From positions 8,246,001 through 8,310,000 of the forward strand of contig NC_087459.1 in NCBI RefSeq assembly GCF_036321535.1: 64,000 bases of DNA, given 5' to 3'. Positions 52,901-64,000 of the stretch are shown piece by piece; within the stretch, counting starts at the first letter, position 1; every line of letters starts with the position of its first letter. A program made the translations under genes and the position numbers. This stretch comes from Camelus dromedarius (Eukaryota). Below the pieces are notes generated by a model. It was not told the origin of the DNA. It saw only the letters and a program-made list of their open reading frames with translations, and made no database searches.

Positions 52901-54138
52901 CAGGTGTGTGTCAGACACTATACCCCCAACCCTGGACACCTCCCACATCCCACAGCCATGAGCCAGCAAGGCAGGGACTGATACAAGAAAAGACTGCTCC
53001 AGGCCACGTGGTCAGTGGGAGCTGGGGGCGGAACAGGAATGCAGGCTGGGGCCTCTTGCTGGCTGGGGCAGGGAGCTAAGGGAGGCCCCAGGAAGGGGGC
53101 CTAGCACTCGGCCAGCTCAGAATCATCACCTCCAATTCTCCCCCAAGGCCTGGTGATTCCACGGGGCTCAGCTTCCCTCATGCTGGGGAGGAGAGGCTCC
53201 CACCCCTGCCCAGGACACCTGGCTGAGCCAGGACCCCAGTGCAAGGTGGCTGTGACAGAGAAGAACCAAGTTACCCACAGATTACTCCTGCAGGAAGCAG
53301 CAGAGGTGACTCAGGGCAGAGCCAAAGCCTAGCTCTGGTCCAGGAGGTTCAGGAAGCTGCCTGTGAAGCCATCCCCACATGCCTCCACCACAAGCACGAA
53401 GGCCACACAGCCCCGCCACCCCACCCTGCTGCACAGTGAGGCTCTTCTTGCAAACCTCCAGGTACCTCAGGAACCTGCACTACAGACAAGACAGCTGAGC
53501 TGCTCCTCTCACAGCCTCCATGATCCTGGGCCTCCCAGAGCTCAGGGTCTCAGAGCACGGGAAGGCGCAGGAATATTAGTCTTTAAGAATTGAAATTCTT
53601 TTTTTAGAGGCACACACACAAATATAGAGTATGGATCTGAATGAGCAAAGGAAATGTCCAGAAAGTTGCACTTCAAGTTAACAATAGCTATTTTTGGAAA
53701 TTGGTTAAATGGAATGGAGAAGTTGCTGTTAAACAAAATGACCAAAGTACCTGCTGACACCCTCTTCGGAGAAAAACACACAAAGGAACGTGGTGTCTGC
53801 TTTGAGGTCCTGCCACCCAGGGCCACGTGGGTCCTTAACCAGCGTAAAGTGCCTGGGCAAGCAGAGCACACACAGGACAGCAGGGCCTGAGGCTGGCCCC
53901 ATCCTCTGCTCTCGGGAGCACCTTCCCCTTTGAGTCCTAACTCAGGCAATACCTGCCTTGGGTGTCTCCTCACCTTAGTCCAGCCAAGCCCGCCCCCTCC
54001 ACTGGAACCTACCTGCCCATCAGAGTCATAGCCCCAGCTGGTGGACCCTGCCAGAGCCACAGCCCGGGCATCAGCGTCTCGACGGGCTGCGCTCAGGACA
54101 AAGTGCCACGCTCTGCTGCTCCGGGGACGCCTGGCCAT
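49952..54138 (-). CDS. SPSB3: SPRY domain-containing SOCS box protein 3 (352 aa)
   Basis: Exons 54138-54013, 51365-51191, 51102-50915, 50835-50733, 50656-50531, 50292-49952 = 1059 nt; [53 protein letters not shown] box [13 protein letters not shown]...LPLPPGLK. Confidence 0.97.
53570..53720 (+). mobile_element. Ancient L1ME-like 3' fragment
   Basis: AT-rich island with L1ME-like wording; weak. Confidence 0.35.
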
Positions 54139-54379
54139 GGTGGACAGGATCTGGAAGGAAGCACAGGGTCTGAGCAGAGGAAGATAAGCAGCACACTGGT
54201 AGGTATCCAAATGCCCCCTGCACTCAGGCCCCCAGCCTGCACCAGCCCACCCAGGGCTCCAGAACTCTCTTCAAAAGCGTATACCTCACTCCAGTGTCCA
54301 AGCACCTTGATAAAACCCAAGTAGAGAGCCTGGAGCACCATCCAGACATCCATGACTCTTGAATGCCTGTCTTAGCCCC

Positions 54380-54930
54380 TCTGCAAGCTCAGCCTCAGGA
54401 ACCCAGCTGTCCGACTTGCATGTCTCTCGGGCATCTCAAACCTGGCCTGCTCCTTCTCTGTTGACCAGCTGGATAAATGGTTATCTCCAACCTCCAGGTT
54501 CCTCATGCCAGACACACAGCAGTCACACACTGCAGTCATCCCCAACACATCCTTCCTCCCTCTCATCCTGGCGTCACAGCCCTCCACACCCCACCACACC
54601 ACCTCTGAAACATGTCCTGAATCCATCTCCATCCCTGCTTGCCTGTCCCGCCCCCACAAAACGCGCCTTCAGTATGGCTCCTCCCACTTCATTCACTATA
54701 CCCAAGCTTTCTGGGAAATACAAATTTTAAGCCAACGAATTTTTAAATTCCTTAGGGTTTGCGTTGTTCTTAAGATAATATGCAATATCCTACAGAGCTC
54801 ATCACGCTCTGGCCCCGTCCCAGCTGCGAGATCTTTCCTGCCCTTTGCCCAGAATGCCTTCTCTTTAGCTCTCATTTCCATGTCAGACTTAAAATAGTTA
54901 AGTCGATTTCTGTGACCATCTACTTCCTGG
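54380..54930 (+). mobile_element. L2 (LINE2) fragment
   Basis: gggcatctcaaacc...cagtcatccccaac...cacacccaagctttctgggaaatacaaattt...ctctggcccc...cccagaatgccttc. Confidence 0.6.
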
Positions 54931-55149
54931 CTCTCCCCTGGACTGAAAACCTCAGGAGGGCTGGGACGGTCCCCCAGCCACCACCCCGAGGGAGCGTCAG
55001 TGAAAGCAATGGCACAGCTTTCGAGGGATGGGAGTTCGTCTTCAGACCAGCGTCGCTCTGTCCAGCAACGCCTGCCGGTCTCCGAGCTTAAGTGGAGCCA
55101 GCTATAGTGTGCCCGACCCAATCCCCGCTCGCCACCTCGGCACACACAG

Positions 55150-56100
55150 TAGGTGCCATGCTATGCACGCCAAATGCACGGCCCGGACACTGACCCCGCT
55201 GCGAAGCCAGGCAGCGCGCCCCCAGACCTCGCAGCAGCCGGCTGCTTCCCAATCCGGCATTGCACTCTCAGGGTCGGGCGGTGTTGCGGGGTTCCGCCCG
55301 CGCCGCGCGCTGGCAACCCGCCTGCCGCCCCGCCCGGCCTGCGGCGCAGAGACTCGACCGCCTCGCCCGCCTCGCCCGCCTCGCCGGGGCGCCGCCGCCG
55401 CAGGAACAAAGGTGCGCAGGCCCTGCCGCCCGCGGCTCCGCAAGGTCGGCGGGTGCGGCGGGGTACCGAGCCGGGCGGGACGGCGGGGACCGAGAGTCCT
55501 GTAGACGTGCTGACGCGGCTCGCCGCTCACCTGCAGCCGCCCTGCCGCCGCCGCGCTGCGCCGGGGCTGGCCGTGACCTACTTTCTGCTCCCGAGCGAGA
55601 CGTAAACAATCCCCGCCCCCGCACCGCATTGGCCCCGCAGCGCGCGCGGCTCGGATCTTCGGGAGGGGGGCGGGCCTCTCAGCACATACTTCTTGCTCAG
55701 AGGCTCTTGGACCTGTCAATCTTAATATGACGTCCCCATTGGTCACATCTCAAACTGTCTCAGACAAGGCCTGCGCGCCCATTGGACTTGGGGCGAGGAA
55801 AAGAGGCGGTCCCACGTTCGGGCGTTGATACGGAAGTGAGTCCCTTTCCTGTGCGTCGCCTGCGTCTGAACAGGCGTGCACCTGTAGTGCGGTCTGATTG
55901 GCTGACGGTAGCGCGAGTAGGCCTATCAAGAGGAGCCAGGGGCGTGCTCGCACTTCCCATTGGTCTGAGGGCGCTTCACTCAGGCTGGGAGGCGGGCAGA
56001 AGCGGAAGGAAGCCGTGTGGCTACCCAGGCAGGATGGAGGCGGCCGTGGGTGAGTGTGGTGGGTTTCAGGGTCTCCCCCTTCGCAGGCGTGAAGGGGAGA
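55150..56100. promoter_or_regulatory. Bidirectional CpG-island promoter SPSB3/NUBP2
   Basis: CpG-dense; ATTGG (CCAAT) at 55628, 55738, 55781, 55897, 55959; CGGAAGTG at 55831; CRE-like TGACGTC at 55728; GTAAACAA at 55602. Confidence 0.8.
55531..55620 (-). other. SPSB3: Probable non-coding first exon of SPSB3
   Basis: Minus-strand donor GCAG|gtgagc at 55531/55530 inside the CpG island; the coding exon acceptor is at 54150; the TSS end is approximate. Confidence 0.6.
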
Positions 56101-59100
56101 GTGAAGGAGCTGGCACGCAGCGGCTGGCCGGGTCTCTTGGTTTTAGCACACCGTCTGTTTACAGCGTAAAGGTCGCAGAGGTGCCCCTGTATGTGTTTGG
56201 TCATTATGGCGCTTAGAAAGAAGTCTTGAATAAGGGGTTCTGGTAGCTCACAGCGGAAAGAATGTGATAATGAATATATATATGTTCATGTATAACTGAA
56301 AAATTGTGCTCTACACTAGAATTTGACACAACATTGTAAAATGGCTATAACTCAAAAATGTAAAAAAAGGGGGGTTAAAAAAAGGAAAAGCGAAATACCG
56401 CATAATCTTAGTTTTTTGTAGAAACATTATTCTAACTTTAAAAGCCTTGATTTTTAAAAAGTGAAAGTCTTGTGGGACAGAATATAGACATAAAGTTGGG
56501 CTCAATCAGGTCTACAAAGAGTAGCCAGACAGACCTTTATTAGTAGCGATTTGCCACATTATCTTCTAAAAGATCTCAGGTCTGGTATCTTGGGCACAAA
56601 GCTTTCATAATGCTGGACTCATCCATCAGATTATAAACATAAAACTGGAGAAAAAAACCTGAAAAAGCTTGTTAGGATAAGGGCAGACTTGCTACAAGGT
56701 GAGAGGAATATCTCTAGTTTGATTGATGAAGGGTTTTTTTTTGTTTTTTTTTTTTAACTAGGGGGAAAATGAGTATAGAAATTCAAAAAGCCTAACGGGG
56801 TATGCAGTAAACTTCCTTGTTCCTAGAGGCAACTGTATCTTTCTATAAAGATTCTTTACAAGTAAAAATTTCCATACTCATCTGTTGTATCAAATAATCA
56901 TTATGTGGTTGGACTTAAGGCTCTTTATCCATACAGGGGGCCCCCCACTTCCCTCCATGGGGAGATACTGCTTTTCTTTGCCCCTTCCAGTGCAGCCTTT
57001 CACATCTAGTGGGCACCCAGGTTATCTTTGATAATCTGTCCATAAACTTTTTCCATTTACTTACGAGTGAAGTTTTTTCTGGTTGGCTCGTAAGGATTGT
57101 TGTCTGAGAAGTTCACAGCCTGAAGGGAGCAGGATTGTCCTGTTTGATGCTCAGGCAGATAAAATTCCCCAGCCTCACAAGTGAAGAAAGCCAGTCGTCA
57201 GTATTAGGAACTTGGTGGTGCAGCACCCGCACAAAGGGCGAGTAGAAATCAGGACCCAGGTCTGCTCTTTCCCAAGTTCCCACCAGAGCAGCCACTGCCC
57301 CCACCTCCCCAAGAAAAAGGGCGAAATTGATTCCCAAGTGCTTTTTGATATTAAAGCAATTTAAGTAATAGGTTTTTAAACTGTCACAGAGGTGATCTTG
57401 AGGGCACAGTGTCCAGGGCTTTTATTTTCAGGCAGTGATCTGGGTGGTTGGGTGGGGGTCTCCTTTCTTTGTTAGATCTCTCAGCCCCCAGTACTGGGAG
57501 GAGACCCAGGACAGGCACTGTAATGCATTTATGACAAGGACCTTTGGAAAGCCAGGCCAGGAGCCCTCTGAGTTCTTTCTCGGGGGCCTTTGGTGGCATG
57601 GGCCTTTGAACCTACCCCATGAGAGATGAGTCAGGAGGAGGGCAGTATTTATTGACCTTTTGTTGAGCCCCTTCTGGGGACCCGGGCATGCAGTGAGGGT
57701 AGTGGAGCGAGCAGCTTGGAGGCCAGGCAGGAGTCTGGATGCTGAGGTCCTAAGGGCGCTGGAGCAAGAACTTGGGGGTTTTGCAGGGGCTGAGGGTTGT
57801 GTGCAGACAGCAGCCCTGTGGGGGTGGCAGGGATTGGGATGGTAAGTATTTATTGGGTAGCATTTCAGGCTCAGTGGAAGGAAGAGGAGCTGGGGCAGAG
57901 TGGCCTGTGGCCGACAGGGCTCTACAGAATGGTTGGGCCAGGGCCTGCCCTTGTGTACCCAGGGTTTCTTAAGGCATGACCTCAAGCCATCAAGATGGCC
58001 TGACATCCACACCCACACATGATTGTGGCTGCTCTGATCCCAGAGTTGTAACATCCCTCCTGAGAACTGGAGGCTGGGGCTGCCTTGAGTTCCTCTTCTG
58101 ACCCCAGGGGAGGGGGCTGGGCGCCTGCAGGTCAGACCAGAAAGCTGCCTTGGCACAGCTGTACCTCCTGGCTGTAAGGACGACCCTATTACATTAGTCT
58201 CTGCCCACTTCCCTTGGAATCAGCTGGGAGCCGGCAATCTTTGGCCCCTGTGCCTGTGGGCTCACAGGTGTGCAGTCCCAGGTGTGCACGCTGGAAGGAG
58301 GAGTGGTTTGAGGCATTTCTTGCCCCAGCAGCCCTGCTCCAGATGGAGTGGGAGCAGCCGCTTTTAAGGAACAAGATGGTTGGGTCTGAGGCCTCTTGGA
58401 AGCCCTTCTGCCGTGTGTCAGGGTGAAGGGGCAGGTCTCAGGGAAGTGCCCGGTGACCCCACAGTGAGTGAGCAGTGGAGAGTGTCCAGGGCGAAGGCAA
58501 AGCCCTGCCCTCTTCCCCCGTTGTCCTTTTGACCAGAGCCCGGAAACCTGGCTGGCGTCCGACACATCATCCTCGTCCTCTCGGGAAAGGGGGGCGTCGG
58601 GAAAAGCACCATCTCCACGGAGCTGGCCCTGGCCCTGCGCCATGCGGGGAAGAAGGTGAGAGCCTCCTATCCAATCATGGTATCTGTTCTCCCCTAACGC
58701 CCGCGCCAGCTGCCCCTCGTGGGTGGACACGTGGGCAGTGGCTGGGTTCTTCCTGCCTGGTGGTGCTGGTCCTAGGGAGGCCCCTACATGCCAGTGGCTG
58801 TCCTGCCTCCTTGCAGGTGGGGATCCTCGACGTGGACCTGTGCGGCCCCAGCATCCCCCACATGCTCAAGGTGCAGGGCCAGGCTGTGCATCAGTGTGAC
58901 GGAGGTTGGGTCCCAGTTTTCGTGGACCAGGCGCAGAGCATCTCTCTCATGTCCGTGGGCTTCCTGCTGGAGAAGCCAGATGAGGCTGTGGTGTGGAGGG
59001 GCCCCAAGAAGAACGGTAACAACCCGGGGGAAGGGGGACAGCACCGCCAGCCTCCTGGCCTCTCCTAGCTGCCCCCTCAGTGCTCAGTTAGAAAGCTGTG

Positions 59101-60659
59101 CAGGAACCCCAGGGCGGCCAGCACTCCTCCACACCGCCCTCCCCTGCAGCACCAGCCTTGGGTAAGGTTGGGAAGACTCCCGTGCTAGCTGCTTCACTTC
59201 CCAAACTCTGCTGCCACTCAACTGAGCAGGCGGCCCACACGCATTCAGGCTGTAGGCGCATCCACTAAGACCTGAGGTCACCCAGCGTAGAGCGAGAGGT
59301 TGGGCTCTGGTGTCTCCACCCCAGCAAATGGCATCACACTCCCTGTGTTGGCGGAGAGAGGCTGCCAGGTGTGAGAGCATGTGCAGGGCCAGGGCTGCTT
59401 CCACGCCATGCTGACTGCAGGCTGCCTCTCTTGGGCACAGACACCCCAGGAGGGTCACAGCTCTGGCTGTCCTCAGCTAAGGCCTGAGCAGAAGTCTTGG
59501 GGCAGTGGGGGTGAGGGGGTGGGGAAGGGTCTCCCTGCTGCCTGTGCTTGGCCTGTCCTGGTGAGGAAGGCACACACAGCCACTGTGATGCCGGCTGGGA
59601 GGAGGCAGCGCGCTGTGAGTGACACCCTCATGAGACCCCTGCCTCGCCTGCTCTCCCCCTACCCCGGCCCTCCCTGGGTCTCCGCAGCACTGATAAAGCA
59701 GTTTGTGTCTGATGTGGCCTGGGGGCAGCTGGACTACCTGGTTGTGGACACGCCCCCAGGGACCTCTGATGAGCATATGGCCGCCGTGGATGCCCTGCGC
59801 CCCTACAGCCCCCTGGGGGCCCTCGTGGTCACCACACCCCAGGTACTGCGGGAGCGCCATCCTGTCTGCCTGCCGTGTGCGACCTCACTCCGGGCAGGCA
59901 CTCTCCCTACTCTTTCCGCTCATCTTGACTGAGTTTTCAGGGTGCCCATCGGCAGGTCTTTTCTCTTTCCTGGTCTCCAGGCAGTGTCCGTGGGGGATGT
60001 GAGGCGGGAGCTGACCTTCTGTAGGAAGGTGGGGTTGCGGGTGATTGGGATCGTGGAGAACATGAGCGGCTTCGTCTGCCCGCACTGCGCGGTGAGCCGT
60101 GGGAAGTGGTGGGGTGGGGGCCAGCCCTTCCCCTCGAGTGTGGCGCGAGGCCAGGAGGTGGACTCTGCGCCTCTGTGTCCTAGGAGTGCACCAACGTTTT
60201 CTCCAGGGGAGGTGGTGAGGAGCTGGCCAGACACGCCGGAGTCCCCTTCCTGGGTGAGTGAGCCAGGGCTGCCCCCGGCCTCTGCTCCAGGTGGTCCCAC
60301 CTCCCCACGCCCCCCGCCGCAGGGGAGAGGAGAGAAGGAGTGTCCTCTGCCCTCCTGCTGTGTGGCACCTCACCGCTAACAGATGGGTTGCTGCTGCCCG
60401 GCTGGAGGGAGGCAGCCCCGTGGCGCTGACAGCCGGCTCCTGGGCTGTGGGAGGTGCATGACCGGGACAGGCCTCGCTCTCACCACCTCCCCCTTCCCCG
60501 GCCCCCTTCCTCCTCTTTGCAGGCTCTGTGCCCCTGGACCCCAAGCTCACAAGGAGCCTGGAGGAGGGCCGGGACTTCATCCAGGAGTTCCCCTCAAGCC
60601 CTGCGTTTCCCGCGCTCTCCTCCATAGCCGAGAAGATTCTAAATGAGACACCCATTTGA
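56034..60659 (+). CDS. NUBP2: Cytosolic Fe-S cluster assembly factor NUBP2 (Cfd1), 268 aa
   Basis: Exons 56034-56049, 58537-58655, 58817-59015, 59688-59842, 59981-60091, 60184-60253, 60523-60659 = 807 nt; deviant Walker [45 protein letters not shown]. Confidence 0.97.
56243..56368 (+). mobile_element. Relatively young 5'-truncated L1 tail, camelid-like
   Basis: tatgttcatgtataactgaaaaattgtgctctacactagaatttgacacaacattgtaaaatggctataactcaa followed by an A-rich tail. Confidence 0.7.
56460..57400. mobile_element. Possible ERV/LTR relic in NUBP2 intron 1
   Basis: AT-richer block with LTR-like wording; family not identifiable by eye. Confidence 0.3.
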
Positions 60660-61155
60660 CTGTCCTGACCAAGGTGGCCTTGAGCATCTCCCCTCTGTGG
60701 CCGTGGGGCTCCTGCTCACCTACTAGAGCAGAGGCACTGGGCAAGGTTCCTGGAACCTGCAGGCTGGGCCACGCAGCACCGAGTGTTCCTCTCCGCAGGC
60801 CCTGTCAGTGCTTCAGCGGCATCTCAGTGTCAGAGCCACCGACAGTGAGTGGTTCTACCTGGTTGGCCTGTGGCGAGGCCCCGGGGGATCATGTGCGGTC
60901 TGATGCCGTGGCCTGAGTGCCCTGATGGTGTATGATCACTCTTGGTGCGTTCTGGTACTCATTGCCCCAGACAGAGAGACAGGCTGCTCCTGACAGCCGA
61001 GTCCCCATGTTGTTCACAAAGCTCGTGTGTCTGGAAGCTTGCCAGGCCCCCACCGTCCTCAGGTGCCCTGGGCCCCTGCAGCCCATAGGCTGGTACTCAT
61101 GGTATAGGAGGGAGCACCCAGTGAGGTGTCGAGCTTGTAACCCAGAAGAGCACAA

Positions 61156-61161
61156 AATAAA
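61156..61161 (+). terminator. NUBP2: AATAAA polyadenylation signal of NUBP2
   Basis: cacaaAATAAAcgtgtc about 500 nt after the stop. Confidence 0.7.
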
Positions 61162-62047
61162 CGTGTCCCCCCACCGAGGTTACAGGTTTGACCTTTCTAG
61201 ATCATTCTGCTCTGGTCCCACCTCCTCCACTTAGTGTGATGGTGTCCTAGAGCAGACGGCGTCCACTCCCTCAGTCCCAAGAGTTGGGCCAACAGCCCTG
61301 TTGTCAACAGGCCCCTGGCGACTCGGGTGAGGATACATTTGAATTGAGTTTGGGGAGGAACTTGTGATGTTGGAGAAACGTGTGAGTAGTGACACTTGGC
61401 CCGTGAGAGTTAACTGCCCGCCCCGCAGTCCACACTGTTGGGGCCTGGGGGGCCGACCTGAGGAGCAGGGAAGGTGAGTCTGGAGCAGAGTCCCAGGGCT
61501 CATCCTGCACCCTCCCAGGAAGGCCCCGGGGGGAAAGGCTTTGGAAGGACATTGGCTTTGCTATTCTTTCCAAGGGGAGGAGATTGGGCTTTGAGCAGAG
61601 TATACAGGACGGCCCCGGGGAACAGGGGGTCTGGAAAAATCACCCTCAGGTACCACTTTTGGGACAGAAGGGAAGACAGGAGTATGCCCCAGATGGGCAT
61701 TCCCTGCAGGGGTAGGGGGAGTGGGGGCAGCGCCCTCAAAGGCTTTGGCCAGGAGCACAGGGATCTGGAGAGCGAGGGTCGGCACCACTCTGGCCGCAGG
61801 CCAGCCCGGCAGCTTCCCAGGACCAAGCCGCCTCTGAAGATGTGCCTGCGCTCCACAGGGGGGCGGGGCCTGGGGGTTAGTGGACATGACAAGAATCTGG
61901 GCACAGGACAGGGAGGGATGTGGACGGTTGTGTGGGACCAGGGCAGCCAGAGGTGGTGTGGGCTGAGCCACACAGCAAGGGGCAGGCCACAGCATGCCTA
62001 GGCCAGCACTCCCCTCCCCAAGCGTCATCCCTGTGTCACACGGCATG

Positions 62048-62053
62048 TTTATT
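62048..62053 (-). terminator. IGFALS: AATAAA polyadenylation signal of IGFALS
   Basis: TTTATT on the plus strand about 200 nt past the IGFALS stop. Confidence 0.75.
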
Positions 62054-62254
62054 AGGCTGCTTTTAATTGTTGACAGCTGGGGAGGGCTATGGGCCTTTGT
62101 GGTGGCCGTGTCCCTGACCCTCCTGGTCAGGCCCTCAGGGACCAGGCTGGTGGCCACAGGTCCAGAGCCTGTGCTGGCAAATCCCCAAGACTGTCCCCTG
62201 GGGCTGGGGCCCCGGCAGGTGAATGGGGTGGTGTCCGGCCTGGGCAGCCTCAGG

Positions 62255-64000
62255 TCAGCAGCGAGCAAAGTGGTCTTCGCTGATGTCACGCAGGTCGAGG
62301 CCTGAGACGCTGGCGGGGCTGGCACAGGTGATGTTGTTGTAGGTGTAGGCAGGCGGCTGGCGGTCATCGTCCCCCTCCGCCATGGCCCGGACAAAGCGGG
62401 GCACGATGCTGGGGTGCTGCAGGGCCAAGGCCCTCAGGGCCTTGAGGGGGCAGCCGCAGTCCCAGGGGTTGCCCTCAAGCCACAGGCGCTCCAGGCCAGG
62501 TGGCTCGGGCACAAAGGTCCGCAGCGAGTTGTTCCGGAGGCTGAGGTAGCGCAGCCGCCCCAGGGGGGAGAGCACGCCCTCAGGCAGCGCCTCCAGGCGG
62601 TTGTGGGAGACGTCCAGCCAGAAGGTGCGCTGCAGGGGCCCCAGGACTTCCGCCGAGAGCGCCGACAGCCGGTTCCGGGAGAGGAGGAGATACTCCAGCT
62701 TGCCGAGGCCCTGGAAGAGCCGGGCGGGCAGGTGTGTGAGCTGGTTGGAGGTGAGGTCCAGCTCGAGGAGCTCGGCTAGCCCCACCAGGCTCTGCTCGTC
62801 AATGGCCGTGATGCTGTTGTCCTTGAGGAAGAGCCGGCGCAGCCCTGAGAGGCCGGCGAAGGTGTGCAGGCCGACTCGGCCCAGGCAGCTGCCCTCCAGG
62901 TGCAGGCTGTGCAGCTTGCCCAGGCCCTGGAACACCTGCTCCGGAAGGTTCCGCAGGCAGTTGCGAGAGAGGTTCATGACAGCCACATTGAAGAGGCCCA
63001 GGAAGGCGCCCACCTTAATCTCTTGGATTTGGTTGTTGTTGAGCCCGAGCACCTCCAGCTGGGCCAGGCCCTCGAACACCTTCTCGGGCAACTGCCGGAT
63101 GCGGTTGTAGCCCAGCTGCAGCTCCTCCAGGAAGTGCAGGTCTTTGAAGGTTCGGGGCCGCAAGCCCGCGAGGGCATTGTGGGAGAGGCGCAGGACGTGC
63201 AGGCCCAGCAGGCCCGGGAAGGTGTCCTCCAGGAGGCTGCCCACACGGTTGTGCGACAGGTCCAGCCAGCGCAGCGCCTTCAGGCCCAGGAAGGCGCCTG
63301 GGGCCACGGCCGCGATGAGGTTGTGGTCCAGGTAGAGCTTCTGGAGTTTGGGCAGCTTGACGAAGACGTTGGCCTTGACGCTCCGCAGGGCGTTCCTGCT
63401 CAGGTCCAGCTCCCGGAGCTCACCGAGGCCGCAGAAGAGTGAGGGCTGCAGGTAGGCCAGCTTGTTGCCCGCCAGCACCAGCTCCCGCAGGTTGGCCAGG
63501 CCCTGGAACGCGGTGTCAGGCAGCACGGCCAGGCTGTTCCAGCCCAGGTTGAGGTCCCAGAGGTGGGCCAGACCCTGGAAGAGGCCCTCGTCCACCCGGC
63601 TTAGCAGGTTGTTGTTGAGGCCGAGCGAGGCCAGGCCCGGTGTGTGCAGGAAGGTGTGGGCCGCCAGGCTGCGCAGCTGGTTCCGCTCCAGGTGCAGATG
63701 GTACAGGTTTGGCAGGCCCAGGAGCGCCTGTGGCTCCAGGCTGGCCAGCTGGCTGCCCTGAAGGTTGAGGAAGCCCAGGCTGGACAGGTTCCGGAAGGCC
63801 GCCGCGGGGACGGAAGAGAAGTTGTTGCCATCCAGCCACAGGGCCTTGGCGCCCTCTGGGATGCCGTCGGGCAGCTGGGTGAGGTTCCGGGAGCTGCAGA
63901 AGACGCTGAGCTCGTCTGTGTAGTCGTCGTGGCCGCAGACGCAGACTGCCGGGCACTGCAGGCCCTCAGTGTCTGCTGGCACCCCAGGCTCCACTCCCTC
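62255..64000 (-). CDS. IGFALS: IGF-binding protein complex acid-labile subunit (large coding exon; 5'-partial)
   Basis: Uninterrupted LRR ORF (579 aa in the track from a GTG; frame stays open to the window end): [19 protein letters not shown], repeated LxxLxLxxNxL, [25 protein letters not shown]. Confidence 0.98.
   Translation of the reverse strand, partial: EGVEPGVPADTEGLQCPAVCVCGHDDYTDELSVFCSSRNLTQLPDGIPEGAKALWLDGNNFSSVPAAAFRNLSSLGFLNLQGSQLASLEPQALLGLPNLYHLHLERNQLRSLAAHTFLHTPGLASLGLNNNLLSRVDEGLFQGLAHLWDLNLGWNSLAVLPDTAFQGLANLRELVLAGNKLAYLQPSLFCGLGELRELDLSRNALRSVKANVFVKLPKLQKLYLDHNLIAAVAPGAFLGLKALRWLDLSHNRVGSLLEDTFPGLLGLHVLRLSHNALAGLRPRTFKDLHFLEELQLGYNRIRQLPEKVFEGLAQLEVLGLNNNQIQEIKVGAFLGLFNVAVMNLSRNCLRNLPEQVFQGLGKLHSLHLEGSCLGRVGLHTFAGLSGLRRLFLKDNSITAIDEQSLVGLAELLELDLTSNQLTHLPARLFQGLGKLEYLLLSRNRLSALSAEVLGPLQRTFWLDVSHNRLEALPEGVLSPLGRLRYLSLRNNSLRTFVPEPPGLERLWLEGNPWDCGCPLKALRALALQHPSIVPRFVRAMAEGDDDRQPPAYTYNNITCASPASVSGLDLRDISEDHFARC

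Noticed and set aside
53542-54210. 222-aa ORF extending SPSB3 at both ends
   Set aside because: Only 54013-54138 is coding; it is bounded by a clear acceptor (54150) and donor (54013), so the flanks are intronic.
59885-62394. 256-aa and 277-aa minus-strand ORFs over NUBP2 and the IGFALS 3' region
   Set aside because: Low-complexity Pro/Ala/Gly/Ser translations expected by chance at this GC content; no domain or splice support.
62414-63761. Several 90-190 aa plus-strand ORFs opposite IGFALS
   Set aside because: Antisense shadows of a GC3-rich LRR coding exon with no recognisable homology.

Overview
GC-rich, gene-dense mammalian genomic DNA syntenic to the human 16p13.3 block. Gene order: MAPK8IP3/JIP3 (+, exon 1 lies upstream of the window; CDS exons 12524-41612), NME3 (-), MRPS34 (-), EME2 (+), SPSB3 (-), NUBP2 (+), IGFALS (-, 5' end runs off the window). 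All exon chains were built by hand from GT/GC-AG boundaries and keep frame. I saw no Alu, PRE-1, Bov-tA or Can-SINE. The younger L1 fragments look cetartiodactyl and one L1 tail looks camelid, so a camel/alpaca-type genome is inferred, not proven. No prokaryote-type system, CRISPR array, tRNA or rRNA is present. Main observations: (1) NME3 has Asn for the Asp of the NDP-kinase H-G-S-D active-site signature (D138N). (2) IGFALS lacks both cysteines of an ALS-specific C-terminal pair. (3) MAPK8IP3 introns 4-5 carry a cluster of microexon, poison/terminal-exon, polyA and internal-start signals that could cut JIP3 at its RH1/JNK-docking boundary. (4) A rearranged L1 mosaic contains an exact 44-bp copy of nearby intronic DNA. 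(5) An MRPS34-NME3 read-through fusion would be in frame. (6) NUBP2 has a UGA-C stop three codons before a second in-frame stop. Comparisons with human or mouse proteins are from memory and need alignment to confirm.
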